Source of the DNA: Alphaproteobacteria bacterium
GTDB lineage: Bacteria; Pseudomonadota; Alphaproteobacteria; MPNO01; UBA830
DNA length: 64,000 nucleotides
NCBI GenBank assembly: GCA_965243135.1
Contig: OZ251539.1
Location: 448,001-512,000, forward strand
Direction of reading: 5' to 3'
Position 1 is the stretch's first letter, and each line of letters begins with the position of its first letter. The notes below the pieces were generated by a model. The model was not told the DNA's origin, did no database searches, and saw nothing but the letters and a program-made list of their open reading frames with translations. A program made the position numbers and the translations under genes. Shown one piece after another: positions 42,206 through 52,131 of this stretch.

Positions 42206-45118
42206 CTATTGCGCGGCGAGTTCGCCCGCGAGGCGGTCGAGGACGGCGGTCTCCGCGGCGCCGCGCCGGAGTTCGGCGTCGACGGCGTCGCGGGCGGTCC
42301 CTTCGGGAAAGCGGCGGGCGAGCGCGGCGCGGGCCTGCGCGGGCGGCATGCGGCGGTACAGGCGGTCGCGCAGCGCGGCGTCGCGCGGGCTCGTGGTCAG
42401 CGCCCACAGCTCGATCGGTCCGGGCGCGTTGACGACGATGCGCTCGGCGCGCGGGTCGGCGGAGACGAGCAGCGCCGGGGCGCCGCCGCGGCCCGGCCCG
42501 GTCAGGCGGAAGGAGACGGCGTCGGCGGCGGTTTCGTTGAGATCGAAAACCTTCGACAACGCCTCGATCTCGCCGCGCTTGCCGCCGGCCCCGAGGATCC
42601 AGAAGCGGGTGGCGAGTTCGACCAGCGCCTCCCCGAAGTCCTCGATCCGTTGCGAGGCGAGGCACAGGCGGACGCGGAGCTTGCGCGCCTCGCGGACGTC
42701 GCGCTCGACCTGGGCGCGGGCGGCGGGCGACGCGGCGGTGCGGTGGAACTCGTCGTAGGCGAGGCGCTTCGGCGTCTCGCGCAGGTCGCGGAGGCGTTCG
42801 GCGTGGAAGGCGCGGCAGCGTTCGGGGATTTCGCCGAGGTTCTCGTCGTCGAGCCACCAGCTCCGGGTCAGGGCGTGGCGGGCGAGAAGGTACATGACGG
42901 CGGTCTGGCGGTCGGCTTCCGGCGAACCGCGGGGCGCGACCTCGCGGAGGTCGACGGCGGCGACCCGCGCCTGTCCGGCGTCGAAGGCGGTCGGGTGGCA
43001 CATGACGGGCCAGTCGCCGGTCAACGCGGTGACGATGCGGAGGAAGGCGGCGGTGACGGTCTCGCCGCCGTGGCCGTGGCGGGCGTCGCCGACGAGGCCC
43101 TGGACGGCGGGCTGCCGGACGGCCGAGAGAAGATCCGCCATGACCGGGACGGCGCGGCGCTGCGCGCGCTCCGCCGCCTCGAAGGCGCCGGCCGCGAACA
43201 GCGCGTCGACCGCGTCCCACCAGAGCGGACGTTCCGGCAGGTGGCAGGCGTACCGATCGAGGGCGGCGTCGGTCTCGGGATCGATGCCCGCGGCGTAGGC
43301 GTGCGGCTCGGCGCCGGGGACGCCGTCGGAGCGCATGGCGTAGGCCGCGGCGACGGTCGGTCCGATCAGTTCGCGCAGGCCGTCCGGCACGCCGGGCGCG
43401 CCGGCCGGCGTCAGGATCAGGCCGAGCAGGTTCGAGAGGAAGGCTCGTTCGGGCGGCAGGGGAAGCCGGCACCCGAGCTGGGTGTCGAAGGGGTTTATCG
43501 CGCAGTCGCGGCTCATGCGCAGGCGGAACCATCCGGCCTCGCGGCGGCGGTCCTCCGGCAGCGCCTCGCGGAGCAGCGAGATCAGGCCGGACGACGAGGG
43601 GCCGACGTCGACGACGGCGGCGAGCGGCAGGCGGTCGTGCCCCGACTGGAGGGCGTGCGCGAGCGTGAGCGAGTTCATGAGGACGCTCTTGCCCCTGCCG
43701 GGGATGCCGTAGATCAGCTCGAAGCCGTAGTCCTCGCCCTCCTCGTAGCTGAAAGGCAGGAGCTTGCCGTCCGGCGAGCGGAACAGGTGGTTGGCGGCTT
43801 CGAGGCGGGCGGGCGGCGCGGGCCTGCCGACGGGCAGCAGCCGCAACGCCTCGGATAGCGGCGCCGCGGCGGAGGGCGCGGTCGCGCCGCAGGCGAAGCC
43901 GGGAACCGAGGCGGCGAAGGCTTCGAGCGGGTCGCCGGCCAGCGGCGAGAAGGAGGTCTCGCCCCAGCCCTCGGCGATCTGCTGGAGCCGGGCGGCGCGT
44001 TGCCGAAGGACGTCCGGCTCCTCGCCGGTCCAGGCGAGCAGGCCGAGGCGCAGGCGGACGATCGCGGCGGCGTCGGCGCGCAGCGCGTGGAGTCCGGTCA
44101 TGGCGTTGCGGACGGCGGCGCTGTCGTCGCTGCCGAAGGCGAGGAAGGATGAGGCGAGGCGGGCGGCGGCGGGGCGCGGGCCGGCGAGGCCGCCGCCCTC
44201 GATCAGGACGGAGAAGCGGAAGGGCAGCCCGGCCTCCGCGGCGCGGTCCATCAGTTCCGAGAAGGGCCGCGCCCGGCGCGGCCCGAGGGTCATGTCGACG
44301 GGCGCGTAGAGCCGGGATCCGACGCGCAGCGCGGATCCCTCGCGGGCGGGGTCGCGGACCAGCAGCTGCGGCGCCAGCGGCGGCGGGTAGCCGCCCCCGG
44401 CGTCGGCCGGCGTGACGGGCCGCCAGTCCGGGGCGGTCGAGTCCGGGCCGTTGAGCAGGATGCGCATCGCGCGGACGGCCGCGCCGCCGCCGAGGCGTTC
44501 CGCCGCGATGCCGGCGTCGGCGAGCAGCGCCGCGAACGCGCCGCAGAACGCGTCGTGGCGCGGCGCGAGGCCGTCCCAGGCCGCGTCCGGGCACTGGCTT
44601 TCCGAGACGCCGGGAAGCCAGTCCTTCAGCCGCGCCGCGGCGCCGCGGCGCTCGCGCTTCTGCTGCGCCGGGGCCAGGGCGGAGGGGCGGGTCCAGCAGG
44701 CGGCGAGCGCGGTCTCGGCCGCCAGCAGCGGCGCGAGGCGGCGGTTGCGCTCGGCGATCAGGTCGTCGAGGTCGAGGCCGAGCCGCGCGGCCTGGCGGCG
44801 CAGGCGGTCGCCGGCCGCGGCGACCGCGAGGCCGGCCTCGTCGGGGGCGCGCTCGAGGACGACGTGCAGCGCGTGGCCGCGCTCCAGGAAGCGCGAGGTC
44901 AGGGCGCGGGTCCCGGCTTCGACGAAGCGGTCGAGTTCGGCCGCGCCGGTCATGGCGCGGGCGCCGTCGACGCGGAACAGGGTGCAGAGAGACGCGTCGC
45001 GGCCGAGCAGGACGCCGCCGGGCAGGACGCAGGCGGGCAGCATGAACGCCTCCAGCGGCTTGCGCCGCGCCGTCCAGAGCAGGCGCTGCGCGTCTTCGAC
45101 GGCCGCCAGCAGCGGCAT
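42206..45118 (-). CDS. icmB: IcmB/DotO/TraU (VirB4-like) ATPase
   Basis: LFRSPDGKL, GIPGRGKSVLMN, DVGPSSSGLISL, INPFDTQLG, YDEFHR, ASQ, GPIELWALTT. Confidence 0.92.
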   Translation of the reverse strand: MPLLAAVEDAQRLLWTARRKPLEAFMLPACVLPGGVLLGRDASLCTLFRVDGARAMTGAAELDRFVEAGTRALTSRFLERGHALHVVLERAPDEAGLAVAAAGDRLRRQAARLGLDLDDLIAERNRRLAPLLAAETALAACWTRPSALAPAQQKRERRGAAARLKDWLPGVSESQCPDAAWDGLAPRHDAFCGAFAALLADAGIAAERLGGGAAVRAMRILLNGPDSTAPDWRPVTPADAGGGYPPPLAPQLLVRDPAREGSALRVGSRLYAPVDMTLGPRRARPFSELMDRAAEAGLPFRFSVLIEGGGLAGPRPAAARLASSFLAFGSDDSAAVRNAMTGLHALRADAAAIVRLRLGLLAWTGEEPDVLRQRAARLQQIAEGWGETSFSPLAGDPLEAFAASVPGFACGATAPSAAAPLSEALRLLPVGRPAPPARLEAANHLFRSPDGKLLPFSYEEGEDYGFELIYGIPGRGKSVLMNSLTLAHALQSGHDRLPLAAVVDVGPSSSGLISLLREALPEDRRREAGWFRLRMSRDCAINPFDTQLGCRLPLPPERAFLSNLLGLILTPAGAPGVPDGLRELIGPTVAAAYAMRSDGVPGAEPHAYAAGIDPETDAALDRYACHLPERPLWWDAVDALFAAGAFEAAERAQRRAVPVMADLLSAVRQPAVQGLVGDARHGHGGETVTAAFLRIVTALTGDWPVMCHPTAFDAGQARVAAVDLREVAPRGSPEADRQTAVMYLLARHALTRSWWLDDENLGEIPERCRAFHAERLRDLRETPKRLAYDEFHRTAASPAARAQVERDVREARKLRVRLCLASQRIEDFGEALVELATRFWILGAGGKRGEIEALSKVFDLNETAADAVSFRLTGPGRGGAPALLVSADPRAERIVVNAPGPIELWALTTSPRDAALRDRLYRRMPPAQARAALARRFPEGTARDAVDAELRRGAAETAVLDRLAGELAAQ

Positions 45119-45471
45119 CAGTTGAGCTTCGGGCGGGCGACGCCGGTCCCGGGATCGAGGTCGAAGGTGCCGAGGATGGCGTCGATCACCGCCGGGGCGG
45201 CGATCAGCGCGGCGCCGACGACGAGGGCGATCACCCCGGCCCCGACGGTGGCGGCCTGCGGTTGCTCGAAATGCTTCTTGATCTTCAGGAGTCCGAAGCC
45301 GACGATGGCGGCGCCGAGAATCCAGAACACTCCGGACATGAGGGCGGCGACGCCCTCCACCGATTCTTCGGCTTCCGCCGCCAGCTCGCCGAGGGTTTTC
45401 GCGGCGGCGGCGGCGAAAGCGCCGTGCGCGGCGAGGACGGCGAAGGCGAGCCGTTTCAGGATCTTTTTCAA
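45118..45471 (-). CDS. IcmD/TraR-like small membrane (pilin-like) protein
   Basis: Signal peptide plus two TMs around GLLKIKKHFEQPQ; TTG start after AAAGGA. Confidence 0.6.
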   Translation of the reverse strand: MKKILKRLAFAVLAAHGAFAAAAAKTLGELAAEAEESVEGVAALMSGVFWILGAAIVGFGLLKIKKHFEQPQAATVGAGVIALVVGAALIAAPAVIDAILGTFDLDPGTGVARPKLN

Positions 45472-45488
45472 GGCTGTCTTTCCTTTCT

Positions 45489-46067
45489 TCAGTGGACGTG
45501 CAGAACCTGGATTCCCAGGGTGGACTGGACGGCGTCGACGAACGCGGCCATGTGCCACGCGAGGACGCCGCCCAGCATGTGCGTCGCGGCCCGGCCGGCG
45601 GTGGCGCCGGCCCGCCCGTCGGCGGCGGCCCGCAGCAGGAAGACGCCGCGCAGGAAGGCGAACAGGCCGATCCACGACACGATCAGGAACGCCGCGGCGA
45701 TCGCCTCGCTCCAGCGGCCGTCCCGGGCGTCCGCGTAGGCGAGCGCGGCGGAGAGCGGCGGCGCGGGGCCGAACAGGGTCTCGCCGGCCGCCGCGATCCA
45801 GGACGGGAAGGCGGCGAGGACGGCGCAGATCAGGAAGCACAGGGCGGTGCCGGCGAGGGACGGAGCCCGGAACCTGTCCTCGGAGGTTCTGAGCAGGCGC
45901 AGCAGGCCCTGCCCGAAGGCGAAAAACGCGAGCAGCCAGCAGACGCCGGCGACCAGCCCCGACAGGCCGGCGTCGAGGTCGCGGGCGAGCGCGGCCAGGA
46001 CGTCGCCTTGCGCGGCGGCGGGGACGGGCGCGGCGAGCGCCGCGAGGAAGGCGAAGCGGCGGGTCAT
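45489..46067 (-). CDS. IcmC/DotE/TraQ-like membrane protein
   Basis: Four TMs; WIGLFAFLRG...ATHMLGGVLA. Confidence 0.65.
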   Translation of the reverse strand: MTRRFAFLAALAAPVPAAAQGDVLAALARDLDAGLSGLVAGVCWLLAFFAFGQGLLRLLRTSEDRFRAPSLAGTALCFLICAVLAAFPSWIAAAGETLFGPAPPLSAALAYADARDGRWSEAIAAAFLIVSWIGLFAFLRGVFLLRAAADGRAGATAGRAATHMLGGVLAWHMAAFVDAVQSTLGIQVLHVH

Positions 46068-47173
46068 CGCCGTTCTCCCGGCCCGGCGGCGCGAACGGCG
46101 CGCGGAGGGCCGTCGGACAACGCCGGGACGGGTCGCCGGGAAATTCCGGCAAGGGCGGACGCCGGCGGCGCCGCGAACATCACGGCGAGCTCGGTATTGC
46201 GCGGGATGCGGACCGTCGGCCGCTTCGGCGCGTCCTCCAGCAGGATGTCGCCGACCGAGCGCGCGGACCGCCCCAGCCCGGCGTACAGGTCGTCGCGGGC
46301 GGTCGCGGCGCTGCGCACCGCGACGACGTCGCCGCCCGGCAGGCGGACGGTCTCGTCCGGACGCGAGCGGGAGTCGAGGAAGCCCTCCGCGAAGCGGAAG
46401 GCGGCGGGAAGCAGCACCCGCGAGATCCAGTGGCGGTCGCGCTCGGCGTCGACGCCGAAGCAGGCGCAGTCGAGGCCGACCGCCCAGGCGTCGACCGGAA
46501 ACCGCGCGCCGCGGAAGGACAGGCTCGTCAGGCGCAGCGTCATGCGGTCGCGGACGGTCTCGAAGCCGCCGGTCGCGACCGCGCCGGCGAGCGGCGGCTC
46601 GAGGATCTCGAGCACCACCGGGCCGGGGTAGTCCGAGTTCACCTCGTACGTCGCGCGGGCGTAGAACGACCGTCCGGGGCGGATGCCGGGAAGCCGCGGC
46701 GCGGGCCGGGCCTCGTCGGCGGGCGGGTCCGGCGGCTCCGCCGCCGGCTGCGGCGGCGGGTAACGCAGCCGGGCGAAGGCCGGAGGCGCGTTCCAGATTT
46801 CGAGAAGGGCGGCGACGAGCTCCGGCAGCGCTCCCGTTTCCGCCGCCTCCCGGACCGTCTCGTAGGGCGGATCCGGCGGGTCCGGTTCCGCCGCCGGAGG
46901 AGGAGGCGGCTTCGCGGCAAAACGCGCCGGCGGCTCGGGCGGCGGCGCGGCGCCGCCCTGCATCCGCTCGATGAACGACGCGCCCTCGCTCTCGGCGCGG
47001 TCGCGCCGTTGCCGGTCGCGCTGCCGCAGGGTCTCGCCGTAGGCCTGCCGCACCTCCTCGGTCGGATCGAGCCTCGGCGCGGCGTTGTCCGGCAGGGTCT
47101 GCGCGGCGCCCGGACCGCCGAGAACGAGGAGGACGGCGGCGGCGGGAAGCCCGAAGGACGCGTCAGTCCGCAT
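46064..47173 (-). CDS. dotG: DotG/IcmE/TraO (VirB10-like)
   Basis: Pro-rich stalk, then YA..TYEVNSDYPGPV...DRHW...RPTVRIP. Confidence 0.8.
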   Translation of the reverse strand: MRTDASFGLPAAAVLLVLGGPGAAQTLPDNAAPRLDPTEEVRQAYGETLRQRDRQRRDRAESEGASFIERMQGGAAPPPEPPARFAAKPPPPPAAEPDPPDPPYETVREAAETGALPELVAALLEIWNAPPAFARLRYPPPQPAAEPPDPPADEARPAPRLPGIRPGRSFYARATYEVNSDYPGPVVLEILEPPLAGAVATGGFETVRDRMTLRLTSLSFRGARFPVDAWAVGLDCACFGVDAERDRHWISRVLLPAAFRFAEGFLDSRSRPDETVRLPGGDVVAVRSAATARDDLYAGLGRSARSVGDILLEDAPKRPTVRIPRNTELAVMFAAPPASALAGISRRPVPALSDGPPRAVRAAGPGERR

Positions 47174-48041
47174 CGCCGTCCTCCGGAGCGCGGAACGACA
47201 GGCGGGCGACGGCGCCGGCGTTCGAGACCAGCGCGTGCGGCGTGTCCGGCAGGCGGTAGGCCCAGCGGCCGCCGGAGCCGCGCTCGGCGGCGAGCGGCCC
47301 CGGCGACAGGACGTGCAGCCGGGTGACCAGCAGCAGGTCGCCGTCGAGGCGCCAGGCGCGGTCGGAAAGGCCGCCGCCCGCGACCTCGAGGCGCGCCGCG
47401 GACGGCGGGATCGCGCCGGTCAGCAGGCCGAGCAGCGCCGGATCGCCGGCGTGGAAGGCGGCCGGCTGCGCCAGCGCCGCCGGGTCGGCGTTGGGTCCGG
47501 GAACGCCGAGGCGGATCTCCACCCGGAAATCCGCCGTCCCGCCGCCGCCGCCGCGCAGCATCAGCATGACGGGATCGGGGCGGCCGCGCAGCTTGACCGC
47601 GGCGTTGCCCGACAGGAAGGAATGCCGCGGCACGAGGAACAGCAGGTGCTCGCTGCCCGGCGCCCGCTCGTCCTCTCCCGGAAGGAAGCGGGCGTCGACC
47701 AGCGCCTCGGCGACCGGCCACGGCGCGCCCGTCGTGTCGCTGAACGACACCGCGGTGGCGTAGCCGCGCGCGATCCGGATCTCGGGAACGGCGCCGTCCT
47801 CCAGCCGGACGCGGCGGACGCGGCCGGCGGGCGGGCCGCCTCCGGCGTCCGCCGTGGCGCGCCGGGTCTGCCGCAGGAGCCGGCCGAGCAGCTCGATCTG
47901 GCGCCGCGTGAACGGCAGCGCCGCGCGGCCCTCGCGGGCGACCTCGCCGTCGGGCGCCGCGTGGTCCGGCCAGACGTCGGGCGGCTCCTGGGCCGCCGCG
48001 GGGGCGGCGGCGATCAGCGCCGCGAGGAGGACGGGCCTCAT
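47163..48041 (-). CDS. dotH: DotH/IcmK/TraN
   Basis: IARGYATAVSFSDTTGAPWPV, GNAAV, VPGPNA, VLSP. Confidence 0.85.
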   Translation of the reverse strand: MRPVLLAALIAAAPAAAQEPPDVWPDHAAPDGEVAREGRAALPFTRRQIELLGRLLRQTRRATADAGGGPPAGRVRRVRLEDGAVPEIRIARGYATAVSFSDTTGAPWPVAEALVDARFLPGEDERAPGSEHLLFLVPRHSFLSGNAAVKLRGRPDPVMLMLRGGGGGTADFRVEIRLGVPGPNADPAALAQPAAFHAGDPALLGLLTGAIPPSAARLEVAGGGLSDRAWRLDGDLLLVTRLHVLSPGPLAAERGSGGRWAYRLPDTPHALVSNAGAVARLSFRAPEDGDAD

Positions 48042-48670
48042 TTCCTGGCGGCGATCAGCTGGGCGATGCCGATGCCGCCGAACCGCTCGGACAGCGGCAC
48101 CCGCATGACGAGGACGCGGGCGACGAGATCCTGGTCGACCCGCCGCCGGCCCGCCTGGAAGGTGACGAGGATGGGGAATTCGATCTGCCAGCCGGCGCGG
48201 CCGCGGAACAACCTGGTTTCCGTGATGACCGGCGCCCCGCGGGCGACGGTCGAAGCGACCTGGAGGTTGTCCCGCAGCCGCGTCAGGAACTGCGACTCCT
48301 CGAGTCCCTGGAGGAAGCCGTCGTAGCCGTCGTCGGTGAAGAGCTCGCGGACGGCGGACAGCCGCATCCGCCAGTCGTGGTGGCCGAGGGTGAAGGCCTC
48401 GACGACGGCCGAGACCGCCCAGTTCTTCAGGGCGGCGTCGGACATGATCGGCTCGGACAGCGGCGTCAGCTTCACCAGCCGGCCGTCGGGCGTGGCGGCG
48501 ACCGGGACGTAGACCGTGTCGTGGCGGGCGAGATAGAGGGCGAGGGCGGCCGCCGTCGCCAGCCAGCCGGCCAGCAGCCCGGCCGCGCACAGCCGCCACC
48601 AGCGGTGCTGGTCCGCCTGATACCGGAAACTCCGCCCCGCGGCCTCGACGGCCGCCGAATCAATCGCCAT
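48038..48670 (-). CDS. dotI: DotI/IcmL/TraM
   Basis: ATPDGRLVKLTPLSEP...WAVSAV...LFTDDGY...GIGIAQLIA. Confidence 0.9.
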   Translation of the reverse strand: MAIDSAAVEAAGRSFRYQADQHRWWRLCAAGLLAGWLATAAALALYLARHDTVYVPVAATPDGRLVKLTPLSEPIMSDAALKNWAVSAVVEAFTLGHHDWRMRLSAVRELFTDDGYDGFLQGLEESQFLTRLRDNLQVASTVARGAPVITETRLFRGRAGWQIEFPILVTFQAGRRRVDQDLVARVLVMRVPLSERFGGIGIAQLIAARK

Positions 48671-49400
48671 CGCCGTCCCTCCGGAAGGCGCGGCGCAGCC
48701 AGAGGCGCGCGTCGCCGACGTCGCCGACTCGCCAGCCGACCCGTCCGCCGTCGCGCCAGAGGAGCAGCGGCACGCCGCCCTTGCGCCAGCGGTCGAAGAG
48801 CAGGTCGTTGCGCTCGACGGCCAGCGCGCCCTCCGGGCGCGGCTCGGAGGCGCGGGCGGGGTCGAACCAGGCCCGTTCCGGATCCGGGCTCGACGCGATC
48901 GCGGCGGCGCGCCGCGCCGAGGCGGCGCCGAGAATGCCGAGCGGCATCACGCGGAGGCGGAGCGCGCCCCGCCGCGCCTCGCGGGCCAGCGCCGCGACGG
49001 TCGCGTTCGACCAGCGGCATCCCGGGTCGGCGAACGCCGCCACCGTCGGGCCGCGGTCGCCGACCGTGAACCCGAAGGCGGAAAGGGTCGACCGGAACAG
49101 CGCGGCGTTCCCGGAGAAGCCGCTCGCGGGCGGCGTCCGGTCCCCGGGCAGCCCGGCGAGCTGGCGGGCGGTGACCAGCCCGCCTTCCGGATCGTAGAGC
49201 AGCCCGGCGACGGCGAAGCCGCCGGGCGTCAGGTAGAGCGCGTAGGAGGACCCGTCCGCGAGGGTGACCAGGTGGCCGGCGAGGCCGCCGCGCTCGCCGA
49301 GCGGCCGCGCGGTCGCGCCGCGCTCCTTCAGGGCGTCGAGGACGCCGGCGGCCGCCGGGGCGGCGGCGAGCAGCGCCGGAACGAGGAGGAGAAGCTTCAT
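48660..49400 (-). CDS. DsbG/DsbC-like periplasmic thioredoxin-fold protein (CxxS)
   Basis: Signal peptide, LYLTPGG..VAGLLYD, FADPGCRWS, VMPLGIL, GVP. Confidence 0.65.
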   Translation of the reverse strand: MKLLLLVPALLAAAPAAAGVLDALKERGATARPLGERGGLAGHLVTLADGSSYALYLTPGGFAVAGLLYDPEGGLVTARQLAGLPGDRTPPASGFSGNAALFRSTLSAFGFTVGDRGPTVAAFADPGCRWSNATVAALAREARRGALRLRVMPLGILGAASARRAAAIASSPDPERAWFDPARASEPRPEGALAVERNDLLFDRWRKGGVPLLLWRDGGRVGWRVGDVGDARLWLRRAFRRDGDGD

Positions 49401-49975
49401 GGCGCGTCTCCCGGCGGCGGCAGGCGGTGCGTCACGGCGAGGGATCCGGCGCGGAGCTCGCCCGCGGGCGGGCGCGGCAGATGGCTCAGCCCGAACAGGA
49501 GGGTCCGCGCCGCCTCGGCGAAGGTTCCGCGGAACGTCCGCGTCTCGTGCAGCCGCCATTGCAGGTCGGTGAGCCACACGATGCCGACGCCGGCGCGGGC
49601 GCCCCAGCGTTCGAGCGCATCCCGCAGGGTCTCGCCGGCGGCGATTTTCCATTCGGCGGCTTCGTCGCGCAGGTCCGCGTCGCCCGGCGCGATCCCGGCC
49701 GGGCGGACGTGGATCTCGCCGCCGCGGCGGGTCCAGGCGAGGCCCTCGCCCCACAGCAGCGCCCGCCAGCCGGGGTAGTCGCGGGTCACCCGGCGTCCGG
49801 CGTCGACGCGGCGGTCGAAGCGCGGCTCGAGGGCGGGAGCCATGCGCCGCAGCGTCTGCGCGAGGGACGCCGGGTCGTCGGCGACCGCGAGGCTGGGGCG
49901 CGCGCCTTGCGGCGCGACGTAGCGGAATTCCGCCGCCGCGGGCGGCGCGGCGAGGGCGGCGAGAACGGCGGCCAT
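49397..49975 (-). CDS. TcpQ/PilL-like domain protein
   Basis: WKIAAGETLRDALERWGARAGVGIVW...FRGTFAEA. Confidence 0.7.
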   Translation of the reverse strand: MAAVLAALAAPPAAAEFRYVAPQGARPSLAVADDPASLAQTLRRMAPALEPRFDRRVDAGRRVTRDYPGWRALLWGEGLAWTRRGGEIHVRPAGIAPGDADLRDEAAEWKIAAGETLRDALERWGARAGVGIVWLTDLQWRLHETRTFRGTFAEAARTLLFGLSHLPRPPAGELRAGSLAVTHRLPPPGDAP

Positions 49976-50235
49976 CAGCCGTAGTCCGCGAAGCGCCGGA
50001 CGCGGTGGAGCGCCGGACGGCGCCCCGCGAGGCGGGCGCGGACGGCGCGGATCGCGGTCGCGAGGCGGTAGCCCCGGGCCTCCGCGGCGCGCAGCGCGAT
50101 GACCGCGGCCAGCAGCGCCGCCGTCGTCGCCCAGGAGGGGTGGAACAGCCACGGCGCGAACAGGAAGAGCAGCCGGGCGTCGAAGACGAAGAAGCGCACC
50201 GGGCGCATCGAGTCCCGCCACGCGACCTCCCTCAC
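49975..50235 (-). CDS. icmT: IcmT/TraK
   Basis: WRDSMRPVRFFVFDAR...LFHPSW. Confidence 0.85.
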   Translation of the reverse strand: MREVAWRDSMRPVRFFVFDARLLFLFAPWLFHPSWATTAALLAAVIALRAAEARGYRLATAIRAVRARLAGRRPALHRVRRFADYG

Positions 50236-51350
50236 GAATCCGTCCCCGGCGCGAGGGCCTGGACGCGGCCGAGGTCGCGGTCGGAGATCAGTCCGTCGAG
50301 ATGCGCCGCGGCCGCGGCCAGGGCGAGGCCGTTCCCGCGGCGCTCGACCTCGGCGGCGATGCGGCGCGGCCAGTCGGCCGCCGGCCGCTCCATCAGCCGC
50401 GCCTTGAAGGACGGGTCGAAGGTCAGCCACTCGCGGATCGCGACGCGCCCGCCCGACGGGTTCGGCAGCAGCATCTGGGTGGCCGCGAGGTTGAGCGCGT
50501 CCAGCAGCGCCGCCGCCCGCTCGGCGCGCTCGGCGGCCGGGAACTCGGCGATCATGCGCCGGATCGTCGAGGCGACGCCGACGGTGTGGGCGGTGGAGTA
50601 GACGGCGATGCCGAAGTCGGCGGCGCGGACCACCGCCTCGACGGTCTCGCGGTCGCGCGCCTCGCCGACGATCACCGCGGCCGGACGCCGCCGCAGGCTG
50701 GAGCGCAGCCCCTCGGCGAAGGTCGCGAAGTGCCGCGGGATCTCCGACGACGACATCATCGCCGCCGGCGCATCCACGTCGTCGAAGGCGAACTCGATCG
50801 GCGACTCGTAGGACTGGACGCGCCCGGCGCCGCGCTCCAGAAGCCGCCGCGTGCCGGCGGCGAGCAGGGTCGACTTGCCGCTGCCGGGCGCGCCGGTGAT
50901 CAGGGTCAGGCCGCGGCAGTCCTCCCACGCGGCCGCGATCTCGTCCTCGATTCCGAGGTCGGCCAGACGGGGCGCCGCGCCCGGCAGGGCGCGCAGGGTG
51001 AGGTTGACGCCGAACGCCTCCGCCGCCTGCACCGGCGCGAGGTTGTAACGGAACCGCCGCAGGACGCCGCGTCCGACCGGCACCGGGCGCGAGCCGTCGA
51101 TCGCCCTGCCGGACCGCAGGACGCCTTCGGCCGTCGCGTCGTGCACGAGGTCGGCGAGCCGGCTCATGGCCGGGCCGTCGAGGACGCAGGCGGTAGCGCG
51201 GCGCAGCGCGCCGTCGATCTCGACGAAGGCCGGCCGGCGGGTCTGGAAGGAGATGTCGCTCGCGCCGCGGCCGCGGGCCCAGAGCAGGAACTCGTCGAGG
51301 CGCTCCGTCGGGAACGCGAAAGCGGCGGGCCTCCAGAGGATTTCAGTCAT
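50232..51350 (-). CDS. dotB: DotB/TraJ (PilT-like) ATPase
   Basis: ASDISFQT, GAPGSGKSTLL, YESPIEF, VIVGEARDRET, YSTAH. Confidence 0.9.
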   Translation of the reverse strand: MTEILWRPAAFAFPTERLDEFLLWARGRGASDISFQTRRPAFVEIDGALRRATACVLDGPAMSRLADLVHDATAEGVLRSGRAIDGSRPVPVGRGVLRRFRYNLAPVQAAEAFGVNLTLRALPGAAPRLADLGIEDEIAAAWEDCRGLTLITGAPGSGKSTLLAAGTRRLLERGAGRVQSYESPIEFAFDDVDAPAAMMSSSEIPRHFATFAEGLRSSLRRRPAAVIVGEARDRETVEAVVRAADFGIAVYSTAHTVGVASTIRRMIAEFPAAERAERAAALLDALNLAATQMLLPNPSGGRVAIREWLTFDPSFKARLMERPAADWPRRIAAEVERRGNGLALAAAAAHLDGLISDRDLGRVQALAPGTDS

Positions 51351-52131
51351 CGTCTTCTCCCTTCGCCCGCCAGCGGGCGGCGTCGAGCTCGAGGCGGGCC
51401 GGCGCTCCGAGCGCCGCCGTCGTCTCGCCGATGCGCATGAGCCGTCCGTGGCCGGCGACGCCGGCGCGCGCCGCGTCCAGCGACGGCGCGGTGACCATGC
51501 GGGCGGCGCGCAGGCGCCGCCACAGCGCGATCCCCTCGAAGTCGCGGTTGAGCCGGTCGAGGTCGGCGGCGAACACGTCGTCGGCAAGCGTCCGGCCGGC
51601 TCGCCATCCCTCGGCCAGCTGCTGTCGCCAGTCCGCCTTCTCGGCGGCGTCCCTCGGGAACAGCGCCGAGACCGGGGGCTCGGCCGGCCGCCACGACCGG
51701 ACGAGGTAGTCGCGCCACGACGGCGGCGCGGAGACGATCCGGGCCGGCGCGAGGATGCGGATCGCCCGGCGGGCCGCCGCCGCTTCGCTTCCGTCGCGGG
51801 CCAGGCGGAAGGCGTCCGAGGTCTCGGCGAGCACCGGCGGGCGCAGCAGGAAGCCCTCGCGGCGCAGCATCAGGCGGCGGAAGCGGTAGACGCCGTCGAG
51901 GGCCGGCGCGAAGCGCTCGAGCATGCGCCCGATCTCCCAGGTCCGCCGGGCCAGCCCGGCGCGCGAGCCGAAGGAGAGCGCCGCCGCCCGCATGGCGCCG
52001 CGGCGCTTCTCCTCGGCGAACCCGGCCGCGAGGGCGGGGCGCGCTTCGTACAGCGCCTCGAGGGACGGCGGCGCCGCCGCGGCGGCGGCCGGCGCGAGCG
52101 CCGCGAGAGCGAAGACCGGGAGGCGTTTCAC
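51343..52131 (-). CDS. dotC: DotC/TraI
   Basis: AALSFGSRAGLA, LRPPVL, APPSWRDYL, RLNRDFEG. Confidence 0.9.
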   Translation of the reverse strand: MKRLPVFALAALAPAAAAAAPPSLEALYEARPALAAGFAEEKRRGAMRAAALSFGSRAGLARRTWEIGRMLERFAPALDGVYRFRRLMLRREGFLLRPPVLAETSDAFRLARDGSEAAAARRAIRILAPARIVSAPPSWRDYLVRSWRPAEPPVSALFPRDAAEKADWRQQLAEGWRAGRTLADDVFAADLDRLNRDFEGIALWRRLRAARMVTAPSLDAARAGVAGHGRLMRIGETTAALGAPARLELDAARWRAKGEDDD

